Positions 20,462 through 30,329 of a stretch of 64,000 nt of DNA are shown piece by piece (the first letter of the stretch is position 1; every line of letters begins with the position of its first letter). The DNA is taken from contig CAYHMC010000002.1 of assembly GCA_964357615.1 (NCBI GenBank), forward strand, positions 7,481 through 71,480, in the 5' to 3' direction. Both the position numbers and the translations under genes were made by a program. Under the pieces are notes generated by a model. The model saw only the letters and a program-made list of their open reading frames with translations, was not told the DNA's origin and searched no databases. Origin of the DNA: an uncultured Candidatus Saccharibacteria bacterium (GTDB lineage: Bacteria > Patescibacteriota > Minisyncoccia > UBA6257 > JACOXY01).

Positions 20462-21895
20462 CTATTTAGTTATTTCTTTTTTAAAAAGCTCAAGAAGGGC
20501 TATTGGATTCCCTGCGCCCCGGAGCTCTGCCATAGCTTTACCAACAAGAGCTTGGATGGCGTTTTCTTTTCCCGATTTATACCTCTCTACAATGTCTTTG
20601 TTCTCACTAATAATTTTATGAACAGTTTTTAAGAGTTCGCCTTCATCAGACACTTGTTCTAATCCTTCATTTTTTAAAATATTTTCTGGATCTCCACCAG
20701 TTTCAATCATTTTTCTTAAAATATCTTTGGCGGTTCTACTACTAACCCTGCCAGAATAAATAAAAGACAATAAATGAGCGAAGTCTTCAATTTCAAATTT
20801 TAGATTAGAAAGCGTATATCCAAACTCGCTAAGTAAGCCACGAAAATCATTTATTAGATAACTATAAAGTGGATTGTAATCATTTATTTCTTTACCCAGA
20901 ACTAATTCTTTTAATTCAGACGATGCCGACTCAAAATAATCAGCAAATGGCTTATCTTTTACTAAAATATCAATCCTGTCAGATGACAACTTGTACTCTT
21001 CTGCAAATCTTTTTCTTTTATCTTTTGGTAATTCTGGAATTTCCATTCTCAATTCTTCTAAATTAAAAAGTTTTGAAATTTCAAATGGCGGAATATCTGG
21101 TTCGGGAAAATAGCGATAATCGTGAGCTTCTTCTTTACTGCGCTGTGATACGGTTTTTTTCTTATTCTCGTCCCATCCACGAGTCTCTTGCTTTATTTTT
21201 TCGCCAGCTTCAATTGCCTCCTCTTGTCTTCTAATTTCATAATTTATTGCATCAGACAAAACCTTAAACGAATTAAGGTTCTTAACTTCAACTTTGGTGC
21301 CCAATTTATCATCTTTGCTTATAGACACATTCGCTTCCAAGCGCATTTGGCCACGATCCATATCTGCCTCTGAGGCACCGAGATAACGCAAAATTAATTG
21401 TAGCTCTTTTGCGAATTCAACCGCTTTCTCTGGATTATCAATTACTGGTTCTGTAACTAATTCCATAAGTGGCAATCCCGCCCTATTAAAATCTACAAGT
21501 GATGTATCTTTGTTCCCGTGAACAAGACTACCGGCATCCTCCTCGAGATGCACTCTCGTAATTTGAACCCCAGCCAAAGACCCACCCAGCACAAAGGGCT
21601 TGTCATATTGCGAAATTTGATAACCTTTTGGAAGGTCAGGATAAAAATAATTCTTTCTATCAAATTTTGAATTTTCGGATAAATTACCACCAATTGCTAT
21701 TCCTATCTTCAATAACTTGCGAATCGCCTCTTTATTTGGAACTGGCAATGTGCCTGGATGACCGAGACAAATTGGACAAACATTTGTATTGGGGGTGAGT
21801 TCATTGGGATTATTTTTACAATCACAAAACATCTTACTCTTAGTGCTGAGTTCGGCATGTATTTCTAGACCTATAGTTGGTTTGTAACTAGACAT
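20462..21895 (-). CDS. gatB: Asp/Glu-tRNA amidotransferase subunit B
   Basis: IGLEIHAEL, FDRKNYFYPDLPKGYQISQ, HLEEDAG, DYRYFPEPD. Confidence 0.98.
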   Translation of the reverse strand: MSSYKPTIGLEIHAELSTKSKMFCDCKNNPNELTPNTNVCPICLGHPGTLPVPNKEAIRKLLKIGIAIGGNLSENSKFDRKNYFYPDLPKGYQISQYDKPFVLGGSLAGVQITRVHLEEDAGSLVHGNKDTSLVDFNRAGLPLMELVTEPVIDNPEKAVEFAKELQLILRYLGASEADMDRGQMRLEANVSISKDDKLGTKVEVKNLNSFKVLSDAINYEIRRQEEAIEAGEKIKQETRGWDENKKKTVSQRSKEEAHDYRYFPEPDIPPFEISKLFNLEELRMEIPELPKDKRKRFAEEYKLSSDRIDILVKDKPFADYFESASSELKELVLGKEINDYNPLYSYLINDFRGLLSEFGYTLSNLKFEIEDFAHLLSFIYSGRVSSRTAKDILRKMIETGGDPENILKNEGLEQVSDEGELLKTVHKIISENKDIVERYKSGKENAIQALVGKAMAELRGAGNPIALLELFKKEITK

Positions 21896-21915
21896 AATAT
21901 ATTGATTATGAAGTT

Positions 21916-21944
21916 ATTATAAATTAACCCCGCACCAATTTCAA
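21916..21944 (-). promoter_or_regulatory. Putative gatB promoter with -35 supplied by the adjacent TIR element
   Basis: TTGAAA-17 bp-TATAAT on minus strand. Confidence 0.6.
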
Positions 21945-22068
21945 ACAGAATTTTTGCTAATTTTTTATTTATAGCACGAAATTCGCCTCAACTCCTAGTG
22001 TTGAGTTAAATGAGTTTCGTCTTAAATTAGTTTTATAGCATGACAAAACAATAAATTGGTGCGGGGTT
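21926..22068. mobile_element. 143-bp MITE-like element with 16-bp perfect terminal inverted repeats
   Basis: AACCCCGCACCAATTT (21926-21941) / AAATTGGTGCGGGGTT (22053-22068); internal hairpin ACGAAATTC..CTCAAC/GTTGAG..GAGTTTCGT; no TSD seen. Confidence 0.7.
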
Positions 22069-22148
22069 CTATTGCTGCTAAAAGATTTTCTTCGTAAAAA
22101 GCTTGAAAATCTTAAGCCAGCAATGAAAAAATCAGCCAATTGGGCTGA

Positions 22149-22676
22149 TTATATTATTTTTAATTCTTTTAAAATGTAATACCATACTGGCTCTATTCCC
22201 ATTTTTTTCATCCATTCAGAATCAGTATTTTTTTGTTCAGGATTTCCAAATATAGCTTCTGTCAATTTTCCTACTTCAATATAAGGAATATTGTATTTCG
22301 CAATAAAATATTCTGTCCTTTTGACGAGTGATTGTAATTTTTTGGGAGACGCCCAGAAAAAATTCTTTGCGTCACTACCTTCTTTTGGTTTGCCATAAAA
22401 GTTAGCTGACTTATATACAGCCCAATGGTGATATGAGCCGTGCTCTCTTTTACATGGGTTTTGTATTGTGCGACTCAAAACCAAATCGTTTGTGACAATA
22501 CTTATTCCAACTTCTTCTTTAGTTTCTCTAAAAGCAGAATGTAGAAATTCATCGCCATCTAAATGGCCAGCTGGTAGTGCAAATGATTCAGGATAATTCT
22601 TCCTTTCAATCATTAGTAAATTTTTTCCTTTTAAAATTATTTGACCAACACTTTTATTATCGCAAATTTTTGGCAT
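22149..22676 (-). CDS. NUDIX hydrolase
   Basis: PAGHLDGDEFLHSAFRETKEEVG Nudix box. Confidence 0.9.
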   Translation of the reverse strand: MPKICDNKSVGQIILKGKNLLMIERKNYPESFALPAGHLDGDEFLHSAFRETKEEVGISIVTNDLVLSRTIQNPCKREHGSYHHWAVYKSANFYGKPKEGSDAKNFFWASPKKLQSLVKRTEYFIAKYNIPYIEVGKLTEAIFGNPEQKNTDSEWMKKMGIEPVWYYILKELKII

Positions 22677-22762
22677 GAACTATTTCCTTCACTAAAAAGC
22701 TGATTAATGTATAGCAAACAACTAATCGTGTGTCCATTTAAAAATGGCGGGAATATAAAACT

Positions 22763-24040
22763 TTATCTAGTTGCGTTATAAATTGCTTTAACTTCTAATT
22801 CTCCAAGTGTGCGACTATAGACTCTAAGATCATCTATTTGGCCGTTAAAAAACTCACTTCCGGTGCTAAGCAATCCCCGAAGACTGCTATTACCAGCTGG
22901 ATTCGAACCAATACTTTGGCCATCATAACCTGAATTCCAAGTATATGCTCCCGAAACGCTAGCTACGCGAGATCCATTTACATAAAGGGATAATCCACTT
23001 GGGCCTTGCGTTCCTACAACATGAGTCCAAACGCCAGTTGTGGGAATATTTGGAGAATCAACACCTAAAGACAAAGGACTAAAAACACCGCTACGAACCA
23101 AATATCTAAGTTTTCCCTGATCGGTCATTCCTAACACAACTCCGTTTGTTTCTCCTCCAAGTTGCCATATAACTTGCCAAGTTGTAGTGGAATTAAAAAT
23201 AACCCAAGCAGAAGTTGAAATAGTTGAGTGATAAATTTCGGGACCTGCAAACCAACCATTTGTGTAACCAATATTAATTGAGTTGTTAACGCCATTAAAA
23301 GACATTGAATTACTTACCTGACCAGTACTCGGCGTGGCAGTTGTACTACTTCCCACATTACCACTACCAGAAGTATCATTTGTATTGCCATCTAATCCCC
23401 AATAAGCCTCAAGTCCTCTTTGAAAATTTCCTAAATTTAACATTGCTGTTGAACCAGTTTCGTAAATAGCCGGATCGGGACCTCCCTCTTTATTCATATA
23501 TGGCACTAGTTTTTCTGACTCGAAGAGTGCTGTCAACTTGTAAGAAGGTCCTGTTATATAAATATAATAAAGTCCAGATGAATTTGTGTTTACTGGATCA
23601 ACTGGAAGTTTTGTAAGTGGAGAGCGCGTCGAAAGCTTAGTAAAATCTACCGGCACCCAACCATTGCCATCTACCTTTCTTAAATTAGCCTCAGTAACGC
23701 ACCTATATTGCCACCCAGAAGGTAAGGGCGGTAATCCAATATTTAAACAACTTGAATCTGTATCTGGTATAGAAACATAAACTATTGTGTCTGGGTCAGA
23801 AACAACTTTCTTTAATAATTTGCCCTCAAATTCAATCAAATCTAGAGCTCCTCGTAGAGCTGTTAAATCTTGAGTACGAATAGAGTCTCTTGATTGCCGA
23901 TTAAATTCAGTCGGTCTTAAAACTATAACTATGGCTGTGCCTAAAATAGCAAGGATACCTATAACTATTAGAAGTTCGAGCAATGTAAAGCCATAGTTTC
24001 TTAGCCCACCCTTAATATTTACATGATTAATTTTAATCAT
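22763..24040 (-). CDS. Type IV pilin-like protein with C-terminal LamG domain
   Basis: GFTLLELLIVI N-methylation site, LPVDP; WTHVVGT, LYVNG, FNGQIDDLRVYSR. Confidence 0.9.
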   Translation of the reverse strand: MIKINHVNIKGGLRNYGFTLLELLIVIGILAILGTAIVIVLRPTEFNRQSRDSIRTQDLTALRGALDLIEFEGKLLKKVVSDPDTIVYVSIPDTDSSCLNIGLPPLPSGWQYRCVTEANLRKVDGNGWVPVDFTKLSTRSPLTKLPVDPVNTNSSGLYYIYITGPSYKLTALFESEKLVPYMNKEGGPDPAIYETGSTAMLNLGNFQRGLEAYWGLDGNTNDTSGSGNVGSSTTATPSTGQVSNSMSFNGVNNSINIGYTNGWFAGPEIYHSTISTSAWVIFNSTTTWQVIWQLGGETNGVVLGMTDQGKLRYLVRSGVFSPLSLGVDSPNIPTTGVWTHVVGTQGPSGLSLYVNGSRVASVSGAYTWNSGYDGQSIGSNPAGNSSLRGLLSTGSEFFNGQIDDLRVYSRTLGELEVKAIYNATR

Positions 24041-24165
24041 ATCTTATTACAACAATATAGAACCTTAAATATAGTTTATTTATGATTTTCATCTTTGTAT
24101 AATTATACATTTTAAAACAATATTATAAAAAAGCGAGCAATTGTGCTCGCAATATTTAATTACCA

Positions 24166-25242
24166 TTATTCCCTTAAGATTAGTTTTGGTGGATTGCCAC
24201 CAAAATGCTCGCTATCAATAAAATTTTTAAATTCTTTTTCATTTTGAAAAATTCTACCCGTGAAATATCTCTCAAATGGTCCAGCTAACTCTCCTGGATA
24301 TATCAACCATGTATTTTTAGTAGTTTGAACTGCCTCGCTTACTTCAGCGAGCACTCCCCACGATGGAACAATTTCTGGGAAAAACGCTACTGTGTGCAAG
24401 CATGGTCCAAGCAACCAATACAAATCTCTAAAAACAGTTTGATAGTGCTCTGCTAAATCACTGGGAACTTTATTATGTATTTGAATTTTTCCTGTTTGAA
24501 TGTGAAGGTGGTTTATTACAGTAAAGCGAGTATCTAACCAACTAATAAGATCTAATATCCTTTTCTGACTTTTTTTATTCTTAAGTCTTGTGATTGGAAA
24601 AGATGGATACAATGGTTCAAATTCTGGATGAAATAACAACTTATAAAAAGTTTCGGGTGGCTGGTCTGTCGGAATGGCATAAAACTTGCTTCTATATAAC
24701 TGCGCAAAACCAGCGGCCGTTTCTACCTCAACATTTTGCCAACCCAAAACATTTTCAAGTGATAGATTTTGGTCTTTCCATTGTTCTCTGCTATTTAATT
24801 CCTGCAGAATCTTTAACCCGCTAGTTATAAAGGTAATAAAAATATCTGGGTGTAATTCTTCTAAGTACGAATAGTTATAAGCTCGTCTAAATATTTTTCT
24901 CCAATAAAACCAAAGATGGAGGCTAATTATCACAGCATCGTATTCCAATAACTCTTTTTCTAATTTTCCCAATATTCTTTCCAGAATTGAAGCTCTTAGG
25001 CCATTTAATGTGTCTGGATTTCTATCTAAAACATTCTTATGTGTTAAATGAACGCCCTGTTTTTCTGCTTGGTCAAAAAGCATTGGTCCAATTTGATAGA
25101 TTTTTACCTTTTTACCATTTTTTGCACATATATCAGCAACGCGTTTTAAGTGATTTTTTCTTCCACTCCCAGAAGGCGCAGCCACAATGATAACTTTTCC
25201 CCTATTTGAACCAATTATTTTGCTCACTTTATATCCAGTCAA
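24166..25242 (-). CDS. Nucleotide-kinase-like P-loop domain fused to a putative nucleoside deoxyribosyltransferase/N-glycosidase-like domain
   Basis: AAPSGSGRK P-loop; C-terminal YPSFPIT...RDLYWL...VAFFP...SWGVLAEVSEA...K pattern. Confidence 0.65.
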   Translation of the reverse strand: MTGYKVSKIIGSNRGKVIIVAAPSGSGRKNHLKRVADICAKNGKKVKIYQIGPMLFDQAEKQGVHLTHKNVLDRNPDTLNGLRASILERILGKLEKELLEYDAVIISLHLWFYWRKIFRRAYNYSYLEELHPDIFITFITSGLKILQELNSREQWKDQNLSLENVLGWQNVEVETAAGFAQLYRSKFYAIPTDQPPETFYKLLFHPEFEPLYPSFPITRLKNKKSQKRILDLISWLDTRFTVINHLHIQTGKIQIHNKVPSDLAEHYQTVFRDLYWLLGPCLHTVAFFPEIVPSWGVLAEVSEAVQTTKNTWLIYPGELAGPFERYFTGRIFQNEKEFKNFIDSEHFGGNPPKLILRE

Positions 25243-25328
25243 ATATCAAAATTCTTCTCTTACATTCACATAAAATAAAACAATGTGCAAACTTAAAAAA
25301 TTTTACTTGCTATACAATTAAAAATAAC

Positions 25329-26039
25329 CTAAATTCCAATCTTTATGCATATTTCTCTAAATACGCTAAGTAAGGGTTGACTTGAATCAATAATATAAAG
25401 TTTTTTATAAAGTTCTTTCTTTTTCAACAATTTAATATATGCGGATCTGGTTTTTTTAATCTTTGGTAAGGTTTCATAAATATCTACGGGCTTGCTTGAT
25501 GCATTAGATAATCTTTCAATCGCAATTTCAGGATCAAGGTCGAAATAAATTAAAATATCTGGAACAACATAAAAGCGATTGAGTAATTTGCTATGTAGCT
25601 TACTAAGTTTTCCATATGTAATATTTTTTGTCGCAGCAAAAGCGTATGTTGAAAGCTCGTAACGATCTTGGACACAAAATATTCCACGCGCTATTTGTGG
25701 AACGATTACATTACGCAAATCTTCATGCCTATCAGCGATATACAACATTTGACGCTCGATTTCTGTAAGCTCTTGGCCACGCTCAAGCTTTAAAAGAATC
25801 TTAGATAATGCCGGATGACTTAAGGTTATGCTAAGTTTTTTAGCTAAAGAAATATCACTCCTGTTGTACTTATCTTTTTCAATAACAGCTCGAATCAATC
25901 TTCCAAATGGACTACTAATTGTCGGCTCGTGATTGAAAAAAGATTCTGCACCCCTAACATTCAAGCGATCTACCAACATTTTGCCTTGTGTAGTTTTTCC
26001 AGTAGAAGTTATGCCTTCCAAAACAATAAATTTACTCAT
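25329..26039 (-). CDS. tmk: Thymidylate kinase
   Basis: FIVLEGITSTGKTTQ, HEPT, LYIADR, QDRY, PDILIYFD. Confidence 0.9.
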   Translation of the reverse strand: MSKFIVLEGITSTGKTTQGKMLVDRLNVRGAESFFNHEPTISSPFGRLIRAVIEKDKYNRSDISLAKKLSITLSHPALSKILLKLERGQELTEIERQMLYIADRHEDLRNVIVPQIARGIFCVQDRYELSTYAFAATKNITYGKLSKLHSKLLNRFYVVPDILIYFDLDPEIAIERLSNASSKPVDIYETLPKIKKTRSAYIKLLKKKELYKKLYIIDSSQPLLSVFREICIKIGI

Positions 26040-26070
26040 TGTGTTTATGATAACACGAGAAGTTTGTGTA

Positions 26071-26102
26071 TTAAAAAATGCGGGATTACCCGCATTTTTT
26101 AA
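26071..26102. terminator. Strong terminator directly after rplK
   Basis: TTAAAAAATGCGGG-ATTA-CCCGCATTTTTTAA perfect 14-bp stem. Confidence 0.8.
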
Positions 26103-26115
26103 TTTATAACAAATC

Positions 26116-26541
26116 TTAGTCTTTAACCTCTATTCCCATTGATCTTGCAGTACCTTTTATAATTTTTTCAGCTGCATCTAAATCATTTGCATTTAAGTCA
26201 ATCATTTTTTTCTCAGCAATTTCGCGTACTTGAGCCCTTGTTACCTTGCCTACTTTTTGTTTAAGAGGATCTGCTGCGCCTTTTTCTACTGAAGCTGCTT
26301 TCTTTAAAAGTGACGATGCTGGAGAAGTTTTTAATGTAAAAGTAAAACTTCTGTCTTCATAAATAGTAATTAAAGCTGGCACAACATCTCCGGTCATAGT
26401 TTTTGTGGCGTCATTAAACTGCTTACAAAATTCTTGTATATTTATACCATGAGGACCGAGAGCTGTTCCCACTGGCGGAGCTGGATTCGCCTTACCAGCT
26501 TCTAATTGCAATTTTATAGTTGTTTTAATCTTTTTTGCCAT
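26116..26541 (-). CDS. rplK: 50S ribosomal protein L11
   Basis: [26 protein letters not shown]; start at MAKKI. Confidence 0.98.
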   Translation of the reverse strand: MAKKIKTTIKLQLEAGKANPAPPVGTALGPHGINIQEFCKQFNDATKTMTGDVVPALITIYEDRSFTFTLKTSPASSLLKKAASVEKGAADPLKQKVGKVTRAQVREIAEKKMIDLNANDLDAAEKIIKGTARSMGIEVKD

Positions 26542-26618
26542 ATCGAATAAACTAACACAATTCACCTACATTAATCAATACTAAGAGCACAAACCCTTTT
26601 AAGTAGGGAATTTTAAAA

Positions 26619-27173
26619 TTATACTTTCTTTACTTGTAAAGTATCGAGTTCCACTGCTGTGTCTCGCCCGAATATTGGAACCATTATTTTAATTTTGCCT
26701 TTTTCTTCGTCGACTTCAGATACTTTTCCATCGTAATCTTTAAAAGGGCCGTCTGTTATCTTTACCATTTCTCCAACTCTAAATTCAATGGTTAGTTTTG
26801 GCTCATTATCACCCATTTTGCCAAGCAAGAAATCTACTTCTTCTTTAGATAGTGGAGTTGGCATCGTTGAATCTGCTCCAACAAAACCAGTCACGCGAGG
26901 AGTGTTGCGAACTATGTACCAAGAATCTTCGGTCAACTCCATATCAACCAAAACATATCCAGGATAAATCTTTTCTTCGATAGTGTGTCTTTTGCCATTT
27001 TTTATTTGAATTTTTTTCTCTTTTGGAACTAGAACATTAAAAATCTTATCGCCAGCCTCAAGCGATTCAATTCTCTGTTTAAGATAGCGCACAACTGCGT
27101 CTTCGTAGCCAGCATAAGTATGCACTGCATACCAATGCCTGCCAGCTCTTTTTACTTCAGATGCTTTTGTCAT
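26619..27173 (-). CDS. nusG: Transcription factor NusG
   Basis: WYAVHTYAGYE, YPGYVLV, VRNTPRVTGF, KOW domain. Confidence 0.98.
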   Translation of the reverse strand: MTKASEVKRAGRHWYAVHTYAGYEDAVVRYLKQRIESLEAGDKIFNVLVPKEKKIQIKNGKRHTIEEKIYPGYVLVDMELTEDSWYIVRNTPRVTGFVGADSTMPTPLSKEEVDFLLGKMGDNEPKLTIEFRVGEMVKITDGPFKDYDGKVSEVDEEKGKIKIMVPIFGRDTAVELDTLQVKKV

Positions 27174-27210
27174 ATTATAATTATATTACTTTTAGTGTAA
27201 ATTAGAAATA

Positions 27211-27558
27211 TTACTGTACTGGAGTTACTTTTGGTTTATTATCAGTTGGATTTTCTGTAGTTATTTCAAAATTCCCATTTCCACTTGTTTTAACATCTGT
27301 TGGCGAAAAAAAATTAGGCATTTCTGTGGTAGTTGATGAAATAGTTCCAGATGCATTTTCAATTGGTGCTGAAGCAGGGGCCAAAGCACGCACTCCTGTA
27401 TAAAATAGGAAATCAAAAGCACCCAAAAATAAGGCTATTCCAAGGGAAATAGCAATCACAACGCTAGTTAAGCGCATAGTTTCATCTCTGGTTGGCCAAT
27501 TAACACGACCAAGCTCTCGACGAGACTCTAATATAAAGTGTTTTAGTCTTTCAAACAT
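27211..27558 (-). CDS. secE: Preprotein translocase SecE with C-terminal extension
   Basis: ELGRVNWPTR plus single TM, upstream of nusG. Confidence 0.92.
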   Translation of the reverse strand: MFERLKHFILESRRELGRVNWPTRDETMRLTSVVIAISLGIALFLGAFDFLFYTGVRALAPASAPIENASGTISSTTTEMPNFFSPTDVKTSGNGNFEITTENPTDNKPKVTPVQ

Positions 27559-27688
27559 ATGGGAAGATTATAATGGAAAAGAACGATAAAAGCAAGATTT
27601 TTGTGCCCAATCTAATTTTTAAAAATTATGTATCGAAACTATTCAAACTTTGACCTCTCTTAACATCAAAAACCCAAAAAAAATTAAG

Positions 27689-29671
27689 TTATGTATCTAA
27701 ATTTTTAACAGAATGTGCGTGAGCTTGAATAAAAAGCTTTCTTGGTTCAACTGCATCACCCATTAAAATATCGAACATTTTATCTGCTTCTTCTGCGTCT
27801 CGAACTGTAACCTGTTTCATCTTTCTACAACTTGGATCCATTGTTGTTTCCCAAAGTTGGTCTGGATTCATTTCTCCTAAACCTTTATAGCGTTGTACAT
27901 TTGCATTTTGAGACTTTGTAATCCCCTGAACTTCTAATATAGCTTTATCTTTTTCTGATTCAGTAAACACATATCTGAATTCTTTACCAGATGAAATCTT
28001 GAAAAGTGGTGGTTGGGCTATGTAGATATAACCAGCCTCCACAACTTTTGGAAAATATCTATAAAATAAAGTAAGTAAAAGTGTTCTAATGTGAGCGCCG
28101 TCAACATCTGCATCTGTCATTATTACAATTTTATGATAACGAATTTTAAGTATATTAAAATCACTTGCAATCGCAGTCCCCAAAGCCATTACCAATGCTC
28201 TAATTTCTTTATTAGCTAACATTTTATCGATTCTTGATCTTTCAACATTTAAAATTTTGCCTCGAAGTGGCAAAATTGCCTGAGTTCTTCTGTCTCTCGC
28301 CATCTTGCTTGATCCTCCTGCTGAATCGCCCTCAACTAAAAATAACTCTGATTCTTCTGGGCTTCTTGAAGAACAGTCGGCTAGTTTGCCGGGTAGAGTT
28401 AATCCTTCTAGAACTCCTTTACGCAAAACTGTATCTTTTGCAGCTTTAGCGGCCTTACGCGCCTTTGAAGCCAAAATACATTTTTCAATCATTCGTCTTG
28501 CATCGCTTGGATGCTTCTCTAAGTATTCTTTAAGTGCTTCGCTAACAACTGCTTCGGTTGCGCTTCTTGCCTCTGGACTACCCAAACGAGCCTTAGTTTG
28601 ACCCTCAAATTGAGGTTGGGGTAATTTAACAGAAATTACAACAACCAATCCCTCACGCACATCGTCTCCGGTAAGATTTTCCTCTTTTTCTTTAAGATAG
28701 TTTTCTGACCTAGCATAAGAATTAATTGCCCGAGAAAGCGCCGACTTAAAACCAGTTGAATGCATTCCGCCATCATGAGTAAATATATTATTTGCAAAAG
28801 ATAATTCCTTTCCCTCGATATCATCTGTATAAGTAAAAGCAACTTCTACTTCTGTATTTCCCGAAGTTTTTTGAACATAAAATAATTCATCCTGCAGAGC
28901 TTTTGATGCTGGAGTTAGGTGTCTTAAAAAAGAAAGCAAACCGCCATCAAATTGAAAGGCGTGATATTTTGCGTCTTCACTTCTAAAATCACAAATCTCT
29001 ATTTTAATGCCCTTGGTTAAGAATGCTTGTTGGCGTAAGTGATCTAGAATATATTTAAAATCAAATTGTGGCATCTTACCACCATCAACTCCAAATATTT
29101 CTGGATCTGGCTCAAAAATAACTTTAGTGCCGGTACCATCACTACTACCAACTTTTCTTACTGCTTTTTTTGGTTTACCTCTTTCGTATTCTTGCTCATA
29201 TAATCCTCCGTCACGACGAACTTCAACTTTTAACCATTTAGAAAGAGCATTGACCACAGAAACGCCGACGCCGTGCAAACCACCAGAAACCTTATATGAG
29301 TCACCTCCAAATTTTCCACCAGCATGAAGAGTGGTAAGCACAGTTTCAAGTGCTGATTTTTTAGTTTGTTTATGTATATCAACTGGAATACCGCGACCAT
29401 CGTCAGCTACCGAGACTCTATTTTGTGGCAAAAGATCAATACGAACACTTTTTGCATATCCAGCCATTGCTTCGTCTATGCTATTGTCTACAACCTCCCA
29501 AATTAAATGATGTAAACCAGCAACATCAGTTGTACCAATATACATTCCGGGTCTTTTACGAACTGGCTCTAAACCCTCTAAAACATAAATGTCCTTAGCT
29601 TCATAGCTAGGTTTTTTATCTCCATTTGATTCAATCTCTATTTTTTCGTTTTTCTTTGGAATTTTTGGCAT
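27689..29671 (-). CDS. gyrB: DNA gyrase subunit B
   Basis: VRKRPGMYIG, SGGLHGVG, EGDSAGG, TDADVDG, RYKGLGEMN. Confidence 0.97.
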   Translation of the reverse strand: MPKIPKKNEKIEIESNGDKKPSYEAKDIYVLEGLEPVRKRPGMYIGTTDVAGLHHLIWEVVDNSIDEAMAGYAKSVRIDLLPQNRVSVADDGRGIPVDIHKQTKKSALETVLTTLHAGGKFGGDSYKVSGGLHGVGVSVVNALSKWLKVEVRRDGGLYEQEYERGKPKKAVRKVGSSDGTGTKVIFEPDPEIFGVDGGKMPQFDFKYILDHLRQQAFLTKGIKIEICDFRSEDAKYHAFQFDGGLLSFLRHLTPASKALQDELFYVQKTSGNTEVEVAFTYTDDIEGKELSFANNIFTHDGGMHSTGFKSALSRAINSYARSENYLKEKEENLTGDDVREGLVVVISVKLPQPQFEGQTKARLGSPEARSATEAVVSEALKEYLEKHPSDARRMIEKCILASKARKAAKAAKDTVLRKGVLEGLTLPGKLADCSSRSPEESELFLVEGDSAGGSSKMARDRRTQAILPLRGKILNVERSRIDKMLANKEIRALVMALGTAIASDFNILKIRYHKIVIMTDADVDGAHIRTLLLTLFYRYFPKVVEAGYIYIAQPPLFKISSGKEFRYVFTESEKDKAILEVQGITKSQNANVQRYKGLGEMNPDQLWETTMDPSCRKMKQVTVRDAEEADKMFDILMGDAVEPRKLFIQAHAHSVKNLDT

Positions 29672-29853
29672 AAATGTATATTACCGAACAAAATACACGA
29701 ATTAGGATATTAAAATTCGTATATTTTGTATTTATACTTAATCTCGTATATGAACATTATAGCATAATTTTTAATAAAAACAAAGAAAAACTTTACATTT
29801 TTTATCTATAAAGATAGAATTATTTCAGCTCAATTTTACATGGTGAGTTACGA

Positions 29854-30237
29854 ATGCCAAGAAAAAATACGGGAAGCAAAAAAGATAAGGAAATTAAAAA
29901 AATTTTAACAGAATTCGAAGCATTAGACATGAGTGAAATTTCTAGAAGAATGCATGAAGACCAAAGAAAAAGAATAGATAAGAAAAATAGAGAAAGACAA
30001 GAATTATTGGATAGTTTTGATAAAGAATTAGAAACTGGTTCTAAATGTCGAGTATGCACTAATTCTATAGTTGAAAAAAGAACACGAAAATTTGAGCGCA
30101 GAACTGGTACTGAATTAATTGGCGGTTGTGGATCAGCAATGGGAGAATTACCTCCAATTTCGTATAAAAGCAAATATTATTGTAGAAATTGCAGAATAAA
30201 GTACGAACCACCACTTCCAAAAAAATCCCGCACATAA
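29854..30237 (+). CDS. Hypothetical Zn-ribbon-like protein
   Basis: CRVC...CRNC; own promoter TTTACA-17-TAGAAT (29792-29820) and terminator (30228-30250). Confidence 0.65.
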   Translation: MPRKNTGSKKDKEIKKILTEFEALDMSEISRRMHEDQRKRIDKKNRERQELLDSFDKELETGSKCRVCTNSIVEKRTRKFERRTGTELIGGCGSAMGELPPISYKSKYYCRNCRIKYEPPLPKKSRT

Positions 30238-30329
30238 TGTGCGGTTTTATTTTTTACTTATGATTTTTATAAGAAGAAACAAAAAAGATCAAAAAAATAA
30301 CGGCCTTACCCGTTATTTTTCAACTTATA

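Noticed and set aside
21920-22075. Target site duplication for the gatB-upstream element
   Set aside because: Flanks (TAAATT / CTATTG) do not match
27559-27688. Possible tRNA-Trp or rpmG upstream of secE
   Set aside because: No cloverleaf, T-loop motif or L33-like ORF visible
29820-30173. 117-aa - strand ORF
   Set aside because: Shadow of 29854-30237, which has a promoter, terminator and CxxC pairs
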